Positions 51,992 through 61,705 of a stretch of DNA of 64,000 nt are shown piece by piece. This DNA comes from an uncultured Bacteroidales bacterium (GTDB lineage: Bacteria; Bacteroidota; Bacteroidia; Bacteroidales; VadinHA17), in the NCBI GenBank assembly GCA_963730615.1, contig CAVSSR010000002.1, positions 259,748 to 323,747 of the forward strand. Direction: 5' to 3'. The position numbers and the translations under genes were made by a program. The stretch's first letter is position 1. Every line of letters starts with the position of its first letter. The notes beneath the pieces are model-generated. The model made no database searches. It was not told the DNA's origin and was given only the letters and a program-made list of their open reading frames with translations.

Positions 51992-52749
51992 ATGACTGAC
52001 AATCAGAATTATAATTTGTTTTTCAAATTCATGGAAACTTTTATGCCGGTGGGCTATAAAGGGATTGATCTCAATGATCCCTTTCTGCAGCAACTCGAGA
52101 TTCTGATGGAAGAAAAGAATCAGTTTTTCTACGTTGCTGACATAATCCGGATGCGGGTCATATTTACAAGCAAACGCAGTACTCAGATTATCGGCATTGA
52201 GGCCGGAGGATGTCAGCCCTTACCATTTTATGGAAGGAGCACATCCCGATGATATGCAAAGGCTTAACCTGGGCAGGTCTAAAATAATTAAACTGGCACA
52301 GAACCTGTTTATCGCAGAGAAAGGTTATAAATTAATGTCAGTTAACTACAGGTTCCGGAATCCTTCCGGGGGATACTCTAATATTCTTGTACAGGGATAT
52401 TTATTTTTTACATCCGTGCCTTACAAGACAGTCTTTTTCTTTAAACTTCATACCAACATAGACTGGTATAAAAAAAATAGCAAATTGTATTCATTATTAT
52501 ATTGGAAACGATCTGTCATATTTCAGATTTCCTGATGAAGAACTCCTGAAAACTGGCCATGTTTTCACTACCCGTGAATTTGAGATCATCAGGCTGATTG
52601 AAGCGGGTCTTAGCAGTGAACAAATAGCTGAAAAATTATTCCTGAGCCTTTATACTATAAATACTCATCGTGCCAATATTCTGGAGAAGGCCGGCAAAGC
52701 TCACATTTCTGATCTGATCTATGAACTTAAAGAGGGTGGATTACTATAA
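51992..52749 (+). pseudogene. PAS-like / LuxR-HTH regulator (paralogue D), two frame breaks
   Basis: MTDNQNYNLFFKFMETFMPVGYKGIDLNDP..., HPDDMQRLNLGRSKIIKLAQNLFIAEKGYKLMSVNYRFRNPSGGYSNILVQGYLFFTSVPYKTVFFFKLHTNIDWYKK, then HYYIGNDLSYFRFPDEELL...REFEIIRLIEAGLSSEQIAEKLFLSLYTINTHRANILEKAGK. These lie in three frames. Confidence 0.8.
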
Positions 52750-52815
52750 GAAAAGCATCGCCATTTAATAAAATGGATAGTCTGATTTTTACTATTATTC
52801 CGCTTTTTTATTCAG

Positions 52816-54444
52816 TCAGCTTTTCATCTTCCTGTATCGCCGGATAAGATTGTTGGTTGAACCGTCATGATTAAGCTCAGGAGTGCCTGCATTTTCAATT
52901 TCCGGAATTATCCGCTGTGCCAGCACTTTTCCCAGCTCCACTCCCCACTGGTCAAATGCATTAATATTCCAGATGACACTCTGGGTATAGGTGCTGTGTT
53001 CGTACAGGGCAACTAATTTTCCCAGAATGTCCGGGGTAAGACGCTCTGCCAGGATCATATTTGAGGGACGGTTTCCGTTGAAGACGCGGTGCGGTACCAG
53101 CCATTCTGCCGTTCCTTCAGCCCTGACCTGCTCAGCCGTCTTGCCGAAAGCAAGCGCTTCCGCCTGTGCAAAAACGTTCGAAAGAAGGATGTCATGATGA
53201 CGGCCAACCTGAATTAACGGGTTAACGAAACCAATAAAATCACATGGGATCAGGCGTGTACCCTGGTGGATCAACTGATAAAAAGAGTGCTGTCCGTTGG
53301 TACCCGGTTCTCCCCAGTAGATCGGGCCGGTATTGTAGTTAACTTTCTTTCCGTCAACTGTAACCTGTTTGCCATTGCTTTCCATTGTCAGTTGCTGCAG
53401 GTATGCCGGGAAACGTTTCAGATAATTTTCATAAGGCAGGACAGCGATGGTCTGTGCGCCGAAGAAATTGTTGTACCAGAGGGCCAGAAGTCCCATCAGG
53501 ACCGGCATATTGCGTTCAAACGGAGCGTTCCGGAAATGTTCATCCATCTCATGAAATCCCCTGAGCATGGCACGGAAGTTCTCCGGGCCGATAGCCAGCA
53601 TTGTTGAAAGCCCGATTGCAGAATCCATCGAATATCGGCCCCCGACCCAGTCCCAGAAACCGAACATGTTGGCTGTGTCGATACCAAACTCGGCGACCTT
53701 TCCGGTATTGGTGGAGACAGCAACGAAGTGCCTGGCAACTGCACTCACGTCACTGCCTAAACCATTCAACAGCCATTCTCTGGCTGTATGTGCGTTGGTC
53801 ATGGTCTCAATTGTGGTAAATGTTTTTGATGAGACGATGAACATTGTTTCCTCAGGGTTAAGGTCACGGGTCGCTTCGGCAAAATCAATACCGTCAATAT
53901 TGGACACGAACCGGAAGGTCATGCTTCTGTCACTGTAAAAACGCAGTGCTTCATAGGCCATGACAGGACCCAGATCGGAGCCGCCGATGCCGATGTTCAC
54001 AATATTGCGGATGCGTTTACCGGTATGCCCTTTCCACTGTCCGCTGCGTACACGGTTTGAGAAATCAGTCATCCGGTCAAGGACTTCATGAACCTGCGGA
54101 ACAACATTTGCCCCGTCAAACATGATCTTTGACCCTTTGGGAGCCCTTAAAGCAACATGGAGAACCGCCCGGTTTTCGGTGACATTGATCTTTTCACCGG
54201 TGAACATAGCCTCGATGCGGTTCTTTAATCCAGCCTGGTCTGCAAGCTTAATAAGCAGCTTCAGGGTCTGACCGGTGATCCTGTTTTTTGAATAATCAAA
54301 AAAGAGACCGATGTCTTCAATCGTCATCCGTTCACCCCGTTCCGGATCGTCCGCAAAGAGTTTGCGTAAATGTTGCCTGCCGATACTTTTTTTATGATCC
54401 AGCAGGGCAATCCATGCCTTGCTTTTAGTCAGCGGTAAATGCAT
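52816..54444 (-). CDS. pgi: glucose-6-phosphate isomerase
   Basis: Intact 542 aa. [38 protein letters not shown] and DQWGVELGK blocks. Confidence 0.95.
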   Translation of the reverse strand: MHLPLTKSKAWIALLDHKKSIGRQHLRKLFADDPERGERMTIEDIGLFFDYSKNRITGQTLKLLIKLADQAGLKNRIEAMFTGEKINVTENRAVLHVALRAPKGSKIMFDGANVVPQVHEVLDRMTDFSNRVRSGQWKGHTGKRIRNIVNIGIGGSDLGPVMAYEALRFYSDRSMTFRFVSNIDGIDFAEATRDLNPEETMFIVSSKTFTTIETMTNAHTAREWLLNGLGSDVSAVARHFVAVSTNTGKVAEFGIDTANMFGFWDWVGGRYSMDSAIGLSTMLAIGPENFRAMLRGFHEMDEHFRNAPFERNMPVLMGLLALWYNNFFGAQTIAVLPYENYLKRFPAYLQQLTMESNGKQVTVDGKKVNYNTGPIYWGEPGTNGQHSFYQLIHQGTRLIPCDFIGFVNPLIQVGRHHDILLSNVFAQAEALAFGKTAEQVRAEGTAEWLVPHRVFNGNRPSNMILAERLTPDILGKLVALYEHSTYTQSVIWNINAFDQWGVELGKVLAQRIIPEIENAGTPELNHDGSTNNLIRRYRKMKS

Positions 54445-54471
54445 AGTATCTCCGATTTTTTTGAAGGATAG

Positions 54472-55101
54472 TTACAGTTTCAACAGGATGTTTAACTGAT
54501 AATAGATAACCATTAATCCGAGCGCTACCTGTATTACACCGAAAATAGCACCAAGTACGGCAAGAATTATAGAAAGAGGTTTAAATATATACCTGGTTAT
54601 GAGCATGAAAATCAGGTTCAGCACCATAATTGCCAGAACTATTGCACCAATAGCCAGCTTGCTGTTGAGATCAGGGGACATGGCAAGAAAAATGATTACT
54701 GCGGCAATTCCGTATGGCGTAACAACAGTAGGAAAGGCAAGCGGACTGATGGCCATATTCATAGTCGGGGTTATAACATTTTCGCCCTGTGCGGTTGCCG
54801 GCGTAAACTGCTTAATTATATTCAGAAGAGCCACGAGAAAAAGGATAACGCCCCCGGCAATTCCAAGAATAGGCAGTGGAATACCATAATTGGAAAGCAT
54901 GGTCTCTCCAACCAGTCCTGCCAGCAGCAGGGCAGCAGTGGAAAAGATTATTGCGCGGATAGCAATCCGGCGGGTGAGAGCCGGAGTGGCACCCATCGTA
55001 ATTTTAGCAAAAGGACCAATTATTTTAAATGGTCCCAGCATCAGGAAGAGGAATGTGAAGATATGCACGTTGTTCATTGCGGTAGTAGTTTTAAAGGTCA
55101 A
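54472..55101 (-). CDS. MarC-family (UPF0056) integral membrane protein
   Basis: Six hydrophobic helices, FLMLGPFKIIGPF start region. Probable true start MNNVHIF at 55077. Confidence 0.7.
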   Translation of the reverse strand: MTFKTTTAMNNVHIFTFLFLMLGPFKIIGPFAKITMGATPALTRRIAIRAIIFSTAALLLAGLVGETMLSNYGIPLPILGIAGGVILFLVALLNIIKQFTPATAQGENVITPTMNMAISPLAFPTVVTPYGIAAVIIFLAMSPDLNSKLAIGAIVLAIMVLNLIFMLITRYIFKPLSIILAVLGAIFGVIQVALGLMVIYYQLNILLKL

Positions 55102-55140
55102 AAAGTCACAATGTCTGTAAAGTCACAAGGTCAAAAGTCA
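55093..55140. repeat. six degenerate 7-9-mer repeats (AARGTCA core)
   Basis: aaaggtca aaaagtca caatgtct gtaaagtca caaggtca aaagtca, in the intergenic region between the GH13 stop and the marC-like start. Confidence 0.5.
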
Positions 55141-55185
55141 AAAATATTGCTAGTCCAAAGATATGTCAAATACCTTTTTGTCGGC

Positions 55186-55220
55186 GGCTTCAGGCTTTAA
55201 GACTTCAGACTCTGGACTTC
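55186..55220. repeat. five heptamer repeats straddling the GH13 stop codon (contains 25-nt element copy 2)
   Basis: ggcttca ggcttta agacttc agactct ggacttc. The stop codon tta lies at 55197-55199, so the last units encode the C-terminal FEVQSLKS. Confidence 0.5.
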
Positions 55221-56736
55221 AAAAACATGATAGCCCCATGGTGGCAGGTGCAAAAAAAGGTGTTTAGAAAGAAGTTCATCCCCGTCACGGTCATAAAGGG
55301 CAGAGCTCATCAGGTCACTGAAGCGTACGGTTTTACCTGCCTGGTCGGCATAATGAAGGTTAACAAAGCATTGGCTGTCATGAGATGAGTAATTAACAGC
55401 AACCAGCGCCCGCTCTCCGCCTGTGCCTTTCCAGTCAAATGCCAGAAAAGAATCCCACGTATGATTTCCCTCCCAGGCCGGAATGCATTCAAGCAGATGC
55501 CAGTGGCCGTTGCGGAAGATGGGTTTCTTCAGTACGGTAAGTAACCCGAAATAGAACTTTTGCAGGACTTCGTTAACCGGTTCCAGCGGGCCACGTACCA
55601 GGTGTGGTGAGATGCGTTTCAGCCTTCCTTCAAACTGTCCCTGGTGAAAAAATCTTAACCCGGGAGAAAAGAAGGTTATGACTGCTGCCGCTTCATGATT
55701 CTTCTGCTCAAATGTTGCGGCTGCACGCGGTTCGTCATGATTCTCAAGGAACCTGGCAAGCTTATCCTGGTAATCAGGTGCTGCATAAAAATGCTCGCGT
55801 ACGGGTCTGGCATGGCCTTCACGCAGGCGGTCATAAAGCCGTTTGTCATAGGCATAATCAAATCCCTGCTGCTGCATGGTCCACTCCATATCCCAGTAAA
55901 CTTCAGCCATGAAGCAGAAGCCCGGGGCTTTCTCATGAACAGCTTTGGTTACCAGGGGCCAGAAAGGTCTGAGCCCTGCGGCCCCATGTCCTTTCAAAAA
56001 CATCAGGGAGGATAAGCATTGCCATATCGCATCTTACTCCGTCGCACTGTTCAGAGATCCTGAGAAGTTCATTGGTCATAGCCTCAGCGGTTGCCGGATT
56101 GCTGTAATCGAGCTGCAACGTGTCAGGCCATCCGGCAAAGAAAGGATCACGTCCATAGGCAAGGATGATGTCTCCTTTCAAACGTCTGACCCGGGTATAA
56201 TTCTGAGGAGATTTTTCAAGATCGCCCTCTGTCCCTGAAATAAACCAGTCAGGATGATCCTCAACCCACGGGTGATCCGGTCCCATGTGATTCGGAACGA
56301 AATCGAGCATTAGTTTCAGTCCCCGGTCTCTCATCCTGATGCGGAGACGTTCCAGCGCAGCATCTCCGCCCAGGTCAGGGTGCACGTTATAGCCGGTGAT
56401 GGCAAATCCCGAACCGGCGATATCATCCTCCTGCAGATCAGGCAGCGTCGATTCAAAATCGCGCCGGAACTCAGGGTTTTCACGTGAGACCTTCCTGCCG
56501 AGATCGCCTGTACACCATACACTCAGGAACCATATCCAGTCAAAGCCTGTCTCTGCCAGGCGGTCCAGTTCCTCGTCAGGAATATCATCAAGCGTAGCCC
56601 GGCGTCCAAGGTGCCGGGACAGATCAGTGAGCCATACCCTCGTGTTGATCTGGTAAAGCGACGGATAGTTTGGTTGTATCATATCGTTTCTTATATTGAA
56701 ATACAATATCTGCATTTTTTTCAGAGCAGATAACAT
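55197..56736 (-). pseudogene. GH13 alpha-amylase-family glycosidase, one frame break
   Basis: GH13 regions LDFVPNHMG, DGVRCDMAM, FMAEVYWD and FLENHDEPR. ORFs 55933-56736 and 55197-56003 overlap with a break near 55940-56000. Probable start MIQPNYPSLYQINTRVW at 56682. Confidence 0.8.
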
Positions 56737-56934
56737 GGTTGATACTTTTTGTACACCTAATAGTATTAAAGCTGGTCCGGAACAATGAAAAAACCTCAGG
56801 AAATAAAAAATTCCTGGAAAAGGCAGGTCAGTCTGACGATGAATATTTTTATTAATTTTGAACCATCAATATTAATTTTGTCACTCATTATCGGTTACCC
56901 CTCCATTTAAAAAACTTATAAAAACCCGGATATT

Positions 56935-57708
56935 ATGATACATCTCAACAGGCAGGTACCCGTATCAGCAATTAAGACCTTTTTTGTCCTTGTAACATTT
57001 ATCGGACTTTCGGTGCAACCAATTCATGGGCAGGAGGATAGTGTGAAATACTTTAAAAACACCATTCGCTATAATATTACAAATCCGGTGCTCTTTTCAG
57101 CGAAGTTTAATGTTATCGGATATGAACGTGTGGTAAAGGACTATCAGACATTTTCAATAAATATAGGCAGGTCCAGCTTTGGCACACTTTTATTTGACAG
57201 TGACTCTCTGGAACTTATAGACCAGACTAATGATAAGGGAGTTAATCTTTCTGTTGATTATCGCTTTTATTTACAGAAACAGAATAAATACCGCGCTCCC
57301 AGGGGGATATATGTCGGCCCCTATTATGCGTATAACTTTTTTTCACGTGATTTAATATGGGATCTGAATATCGAAAATTACAACGGAGAAGTGGTAACAG
57401 GAATAGATGTCAACGCTCACTTCATCGGGGCTCAGCTTGGTTACCAGTTCGTTTTCTGGAACAGGGTTTCACTTGACTTGATACTTATGGGCCCCGGCCT
57501 GTGGCATTTTAATCTTAAATCGACACTTGACACAGACTTGTCTGCGGAAGATGAAGCCATGCTTCTTGAACAGCTGAATGGGATGTTACAGGATAAATTT
57601 CCGGGATCCGATTTAGTATTCACCGGGGAAGGTCTTGACGCAACAAAAAATTCTTCAACATCGACAATGGGCTTCCGTTACATGATCAATATCGGATTTA
57701 GGTTTTAA
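56935..57708 (+). CDS. hypothetical outer-membrane protein
   Basis: N-terminal hydrophobic signal ending IHGQ, beta-strand pattern, C-terminal MINIGFRF. Confidence 0.45.
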   Translation: MIHLNRQVPVSAIKTFFVLVTFIGLSVQPIHGQEDSVKYFKNTIRYNITNPVLFSAKFNVIGYERVVKDYQTFSINIGRSSFGTLLFDSDSLELIDQTNDKGVNLSVDYRFYLQKQNKYRAPRGIYVGPYYAYNFFSRDLIWDLNIENYNGEVVTGIDVNAHFIGAQLGYQFVFWNRVSLDLILMGPGLWHFNLKSTLDTDLSAEDEAMLLEQLNGMLQDKFPGSDLVFTGEGLDATKNSSTSTMGFRYMINIGFRF

Positions 57709-57887
57709 ACAACACTGAAAACAAGCTTCCTGGTCGACGCGGCCTGAACCGGGCAGGCTGTATAAAATAGTTACGCAGGCCCTGAATGAGACCAATAGAA
57801 AAATACTCAACAATAAGTATTGCCAAGACTGCCTTAATGGCGTAATTTTATCGCAGATTTATTCATTAACGAATTAATTATAGACAC

Positions 57888-58505
57888 ATGAAAAAAAGAA
57901 TTTCAATTGTTTTAATAGTTGCCAGCGTGCTTCTGCTCTGGGGATGCTACCCGCAGGGACCAGAGTATGTTGAAGATATGGATGTTGTACTGACCAAACA
58001 CAATGAGGAGTACGATTTCACTGCCAAGGCAACCTATGCCATGCCTGACAAAATTGTCAAGATAACCGGAGACGTTATAGAGGGAGAGGAACCTTCATTC
58101 ATTCCGGATGCAAACGCAGCTGTGATGCTGACTACGGTTGCCAATAACATGGCTGACCTGGGTTGGGTCAGAGTGGATATTGAAGATGATCCCGATGTGT
58201 TATTACTGCCTGCCGCCTGGGAAACAACCACAATCTACTACTATTATGACTACTGGTATTATTGGTACGGAGGCTACTGGGGATGGTATTATCCCTACTA
58301 CCCACCAGTTTATGCCGGTTCATACACAACAGGTACATTTCTCATGAGTATTGCTGATCCTGACATTTTATCGACTGACGGTAACCGTATCAATCAGTGG
58401 TCAGGTGCAATCAACGGCCTTCTTACAGGTTCCTTTGATGCAACTCGCATAAATGAGGCCATTAACAAGGCATTTGCCGCATCACCATATCTGAAAACCA
58501 ACTAA
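57888..58505 (+). CDS. DUF4136-like lipoprotein with aromatic low-complexity insert
   Basis: Lipobox LLLWGC. Insert TTTIYYYYDYWYYWYGGYWGWYYPYYPPVY. GTFLMSIADP motif as in DUF4136. Confidence 0.55.
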   Translation: MKKRISIVLIVASVLLLWGCYPQGPEYVEDMDVVLTKHNEEYDFTAKATYAMPDKIVKITGDVIEGEEPSFIPDANAAVMLTTVANNMADLGWVRVDIEDDPDVLLLPAAWETTTIYYYYDYWYYWYGGYWGWYYPYYPPVYAGSYTTGTFLMSIADPDILSTDGNRINQWSGAINGLLTGSFDATRINEAINKAFAASPYLKTN

Positions 58506-58518
58506 AAAATCAATTGAA

Positions 58519-59106
58519 ATGAAAAAGATATTTCTTGTTGCCGTTTTCTCTCTGCTGGTTGGCACGGCTTTCTCACAGTCGAATTTTACTTCTCTTCAGT
58601 ATTCTGTCGGTTTTGGAACCGGAGATATGAAAGATTATATCGGCGCTGTCAGCTGGAGAGGATTTACTTTTGACTACCGGTCCTTTGTACAATCCAACAT
58701 TGGCGTGGGCGTTGATCTGGGATGGAATGTGTTTTACGAGGAAATGCCTGATGCTGTTTACGAATATGAAAACATCACATATTCAGGCAAACAGTGGCGC
58801 TACAGCAATCACTGGCCAGTTCTTGTGGCGGCTGATTATTTCATGGAAGGGGATGGGCGGATCACGCCTTATGCAGGATTTGGAGCTGGACTCATGTACT
58901 CTCTTCAGAATACTGACATGGGAACGTATACATTTGAGAGGGATGCATGGCATTTTGCAATCAGACCCGAGCTCGGACTCATTATAAAGCCTGCTCCCGG
59001 AATGGGTTTAAACGTTGTCGGAAAGTACTATTACGGCTTTAAGGCTGGTGACCTCCCGGCACAGGGCTATTTTACAGTTAATTTTGGATTTGTTTTTGAA
59101 CGATAA
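58519..59106 (+). CDS. outer-membrane beta-barrel protein (OmpW/OmpA-barrel-like)
   Basis: Signal MKKIFLVAVFSLLVGTAFSQ, C-terminal FTVNFGFVFER. 13-nt gaps to both neighbours. Confidence 0.6.
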   Translation: MKKIFLVAVFSLLVGTAFSQSNFTSLQYSVGFGTGDMKDYIGAVSWRGFTFDYRSFVQSNIGVGVDLGWNVFYEEMPDAVYEYENITYSGKQWRYSNHWPVLVAADYFMEGDGRITPYAGFGAGLMYSLQNTDMGTYTFERDAWHFAIRPELGLIIKPAPGMGLNVVGKYYYGFKAGDLPAQGYFTVNFGFVFER

Positions 59107-59118
59107 TAAACTTCGGAT

Positions 59119-59670
59119 ATGAAAAAACTATTCCTTTTATCAATTATCCTGATCACTGCAGTTTCCTGCAGTACGGTCAAGGTCTCATCAGATTTTGACA
59201 AGACAGTTAATTTCGCTGACTACAAAACCTTTACCTACACGGATGAAGCATTGGCTATGCCGATCGATGACATCAACCGTAACAGGATTCTTAACCTTGT
59301 AACCGCCGAAATGGTTGCCAAAGGCTTTACCAAATCAGAGGCTAATCCTGATGTTTTGATTGACATTAATATAAAGACCCAGACACAGCAGACTGCCACT
59401 GCCACAACAAGTGGTGCGGGCGGATATGGCTATGGTTACAGGTATGGCCGGTATGGATACGGCGGAGGTTTCTCTACCACAACAATTAATTATGATACCT
59501 ATACCGATGGCACGATGTTCATTGATATGATTGACGCGGCAAAGAAACAGCTTGTCTGGCAGGGCCGGGGCACCAAGACCCTTGAAGAAGATGCCAGTCA
59601 GAAGAGAAGAGAGGAAAACCTCGCATATGCCATTAAGCAGATTTTCACGCAATATCCGCCGAAAATCTAA
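59119..59670 (+). CDS. DUF4136 lipoprotein
   Basis: Lipobox ITAVSCS. SSDFDKTVNFADYKTFTY start typical of DUF4136. Gly/Tyr insert GAGGYGYGYRYGRYGYGGG. GTMFIDMIDA. Confidence 0.65.
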   Translation: MKKLFLLSIILITAVSCSTVKVSSDFDKTVNFADYKTFTYTDEALAMPIDDINRNRILNLVTAEMVAKGFTKSEANPDVLIDINIKTQTQQTATATTSGAGGYGYGYRYGRYGYGGGFSTTTINYDTYTDGTMFIDMIDAAKKQLVWQGRGTKTLEEDASQKRREENLAYAIKQIFTQYPPKI

Positions 59671-59694
59671 AAAGGGGACAATTCATATTAAAAT

Positions 59695-59738
59695 CAGCCG
59701 GCCTGGAAGTAAGTTTCCACCGGCTGTTTTTCTTTTTT
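59695..59738. terminator. bidirectional intrinsic terminator
   Basis: CAGCCGG-CC-TGGAA / TTCCA-CCGGCTG hairpin (59695-59726), followed by TTTTTCTTTTTT. Lies between convergent genes ending at 59670 and 59737. Confidence 0.75.
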
Positions 59739-61509
59739 AGAAGTCAAAGCTTGCCAGAAGTGAGAACCTTGTTGAGTGGCCCTTCTGTTTGTCAATGTTT
59801 GTCCTTGATCCTGTGGTGAACTCGGCGCCAAGCCTGATCGTCTCAATCGGATTATAAAAGATATTTCCTGCAAAGTATTTGCTTGACAGGAAGCTGTCGT
59901 CAGGCTCAAAGTCAAATCCCTTAATATACGATGTGCCTGCGGTGAATGAAAATTTCCAGGATGGGTTAAAAACGAACGAATAGGTCAGAAACCCTCCCCT
60001 GATTGACTTCAATCTCATTGTTTCAGCCAGGGGGTCATAGACAGCATCGAGCTGCCTTCCTCCGAAGCCGGCATAATAGTTGGCAATCCCGTCGCCAAAT
60101 GAGCCTTGCGCAAAGATTGTAGCTTTACGGGTAATACTGATACTGGTGCTTAATAGGAACCCCCATCCGTACATAACATCCATCTCCGTCTGCTGGAGGT
60201 ACCCTATTCTTCTGAATATTCCTGCAACCTGTACGTGACCGGGTCCGATTTCATATTTGTATCGCCCCACGATGTCGAAGTTTCCCTGTTTGTTTTTATT
60301 CGAGATAAGTGAATCGGCAGGGTTGTAATAATCAGTTTCAGGTGATTCAACTGATACCCCTGCCGTACCTTTGTCGAAGACTTTTCTTTCATACTTGAGA
60401 ATGCCATGTCTCTTGCTAAGGCTGCTGTTAGGCCCTTCAAAGTCAATTGTTGTAGGCGTTGACGCGTTGTCGAGAAACAGACTCCAGCTGTACCCCATCT
60501 TGAAGTAATTCCATTCGGCAAAAGCATGTCTGAGGCGCCAGAGCGATTGACTGCTGCTGGCAAAGTCAACCTCAATGTATGTTCTGATCAGTCCCACCTT
60601 TGTGCTGGCGGTCCCCTCCATCCCGAGGCGCGATTGCCTTGCTCCCAGGTATACGCTTGACAGCCCCTCGATCTTTTCTTCACCCACAGGGATTTCATAG
60701 GGCATGAAGCCTTCGGTATTATTCATTCCCGTAAAATCATAATAGGCATTTACCCTGATGCTTCCAAGCATCTGGATCTTATACTTTGATGCTTCGAGAT
60801 CATTAGGGTTCACATCTTTGGCAACCCTGCTCGTGTCAGTCCTGACCGGCTGCAAGGCGATAGTGTCAATGCGGCTTGAGAAGACGTAGACTGAGTCAGT
60901 AACAATTTTTTTTTCAACCAGGGTGATATTCAGCCTGAGGGTATCTCTTGTCTGGGCATTCCCGGCCAAAGCAGCCAGGGTGTAATTCCATATGTAGGTT
61001 GAGCCTTTTTTCAGTACCTCCCTGCCAAAGACCGGAAAGAGTCCGGGAGCGGAAGAGAAATATATTATCTCCTCCTCATTGAATACCAGATCCTTTTTCT
61101 CATGGGGATCAAGGTTGAAAATGCTCCTGTTTATCCATAAAAACAGAGGGTGCTCGGTGTTATTGATCATTTCCAGGTTGACAGCCCCCACGCTTCCTTC
61201 TCCTGATCTTTCAAAAAAATGCTGTTCACCGAAGTTAAGGGTATCTGTCACTGTTATCAATGACTCAAAGACAAACCCGATTGAGCTTGATTCGATGTCG
61301 AAGACCTCAACAAACCCGTTCTGCGGTTCGCGCGGCATAATGACAAGCAGGTTTGAACTGCCTACTGTACTCAGGACTTTTGAGTTGGTCCCGGGCGCCT
61401 GCCTGAAATTTATTTCATTCGCGGAGCTGCCAAGCCTGAGCTGGCCATACGACTTATATCCGACTGATAACAGCAGAAGAACGATAATTGTAATCCTTAA
61501 TCTATTCAT
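59737..61509 (-). CDS. SH3b-domain + DcaP-like outer-membrane porin
   Basis: Signal peptide. NFRQAPGTNSKVLSTVGSSNLLVIM is SH3_3-like. The C-terminal ~330 aa has a porin pattern ending FSLLASFDF. Confidence 0.55.
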   Translation of the reverse strand: MNRLRITIIVLLLLSVGYKSYGQLRLGSSANEINFRQAPGTNSKVLSTVGSSNLLVIMPREPQNGFVEVFDIESSSIGFVFESLITVTDTLNFGEQHFFERSGEGSVGAVNLEMINNTEHPLFLWINRSIFNLDPHEKKDLVFNEEEIIYFSSAPGLFPVFGREVLKKGSTYIWNYTLAALAGNAQTRDTLRLNITLVEKKIVTDSVYVFSSRIDTIALQPVRTDTSRVAKDVNPNDLEASKYKIQMLGSIRVNAYYDFTGMNNTEGFMPYEIPVGEEKIEGLSSVYLGARQSRLGMEGTASTKVGLIRTYIEVDFASSSQSLWRLRHAFAEWNYFKMGYSWSLFLDNASTPTTIDFEGPNSSLSKRHGILKYERKVFDKGTAGVSVESPETDYYNPADSLISNKNKQGNFDIVGRYKYEIGPGHVQVAGIFRRIGYLQQTEMDVMYGWGFLLSTSISITRKATIFAQGSFGDGIANYYAGFGGRQLDAVYDPLAETMRLKSIRGGFLTYSFVFNPSWKFSFTAGTSYIKGFDFEPDDSFLSSKYFAGNIFYNPIETIRLGAEFTTGSRTNIDKQKGHSTRFSLLASFDF

Positions 61510-61705
61510 GGCAATTTACCAACCTGTCCTACCTTATCTTGTATCCTGAGCTAAAATAATCATTTTTTTGCTGGACAAACATCCACCCCGATCCGGAAAC
61601 GTTTCGAAAAACAGTTTATGACAGGTTTTCCAATAGTAACTGGAGATGCAGGGTTGCAGAAGAAGGGAATGCCCGGGAGCTGAAAGGCGATCTCTCATGT
61701 GACTG

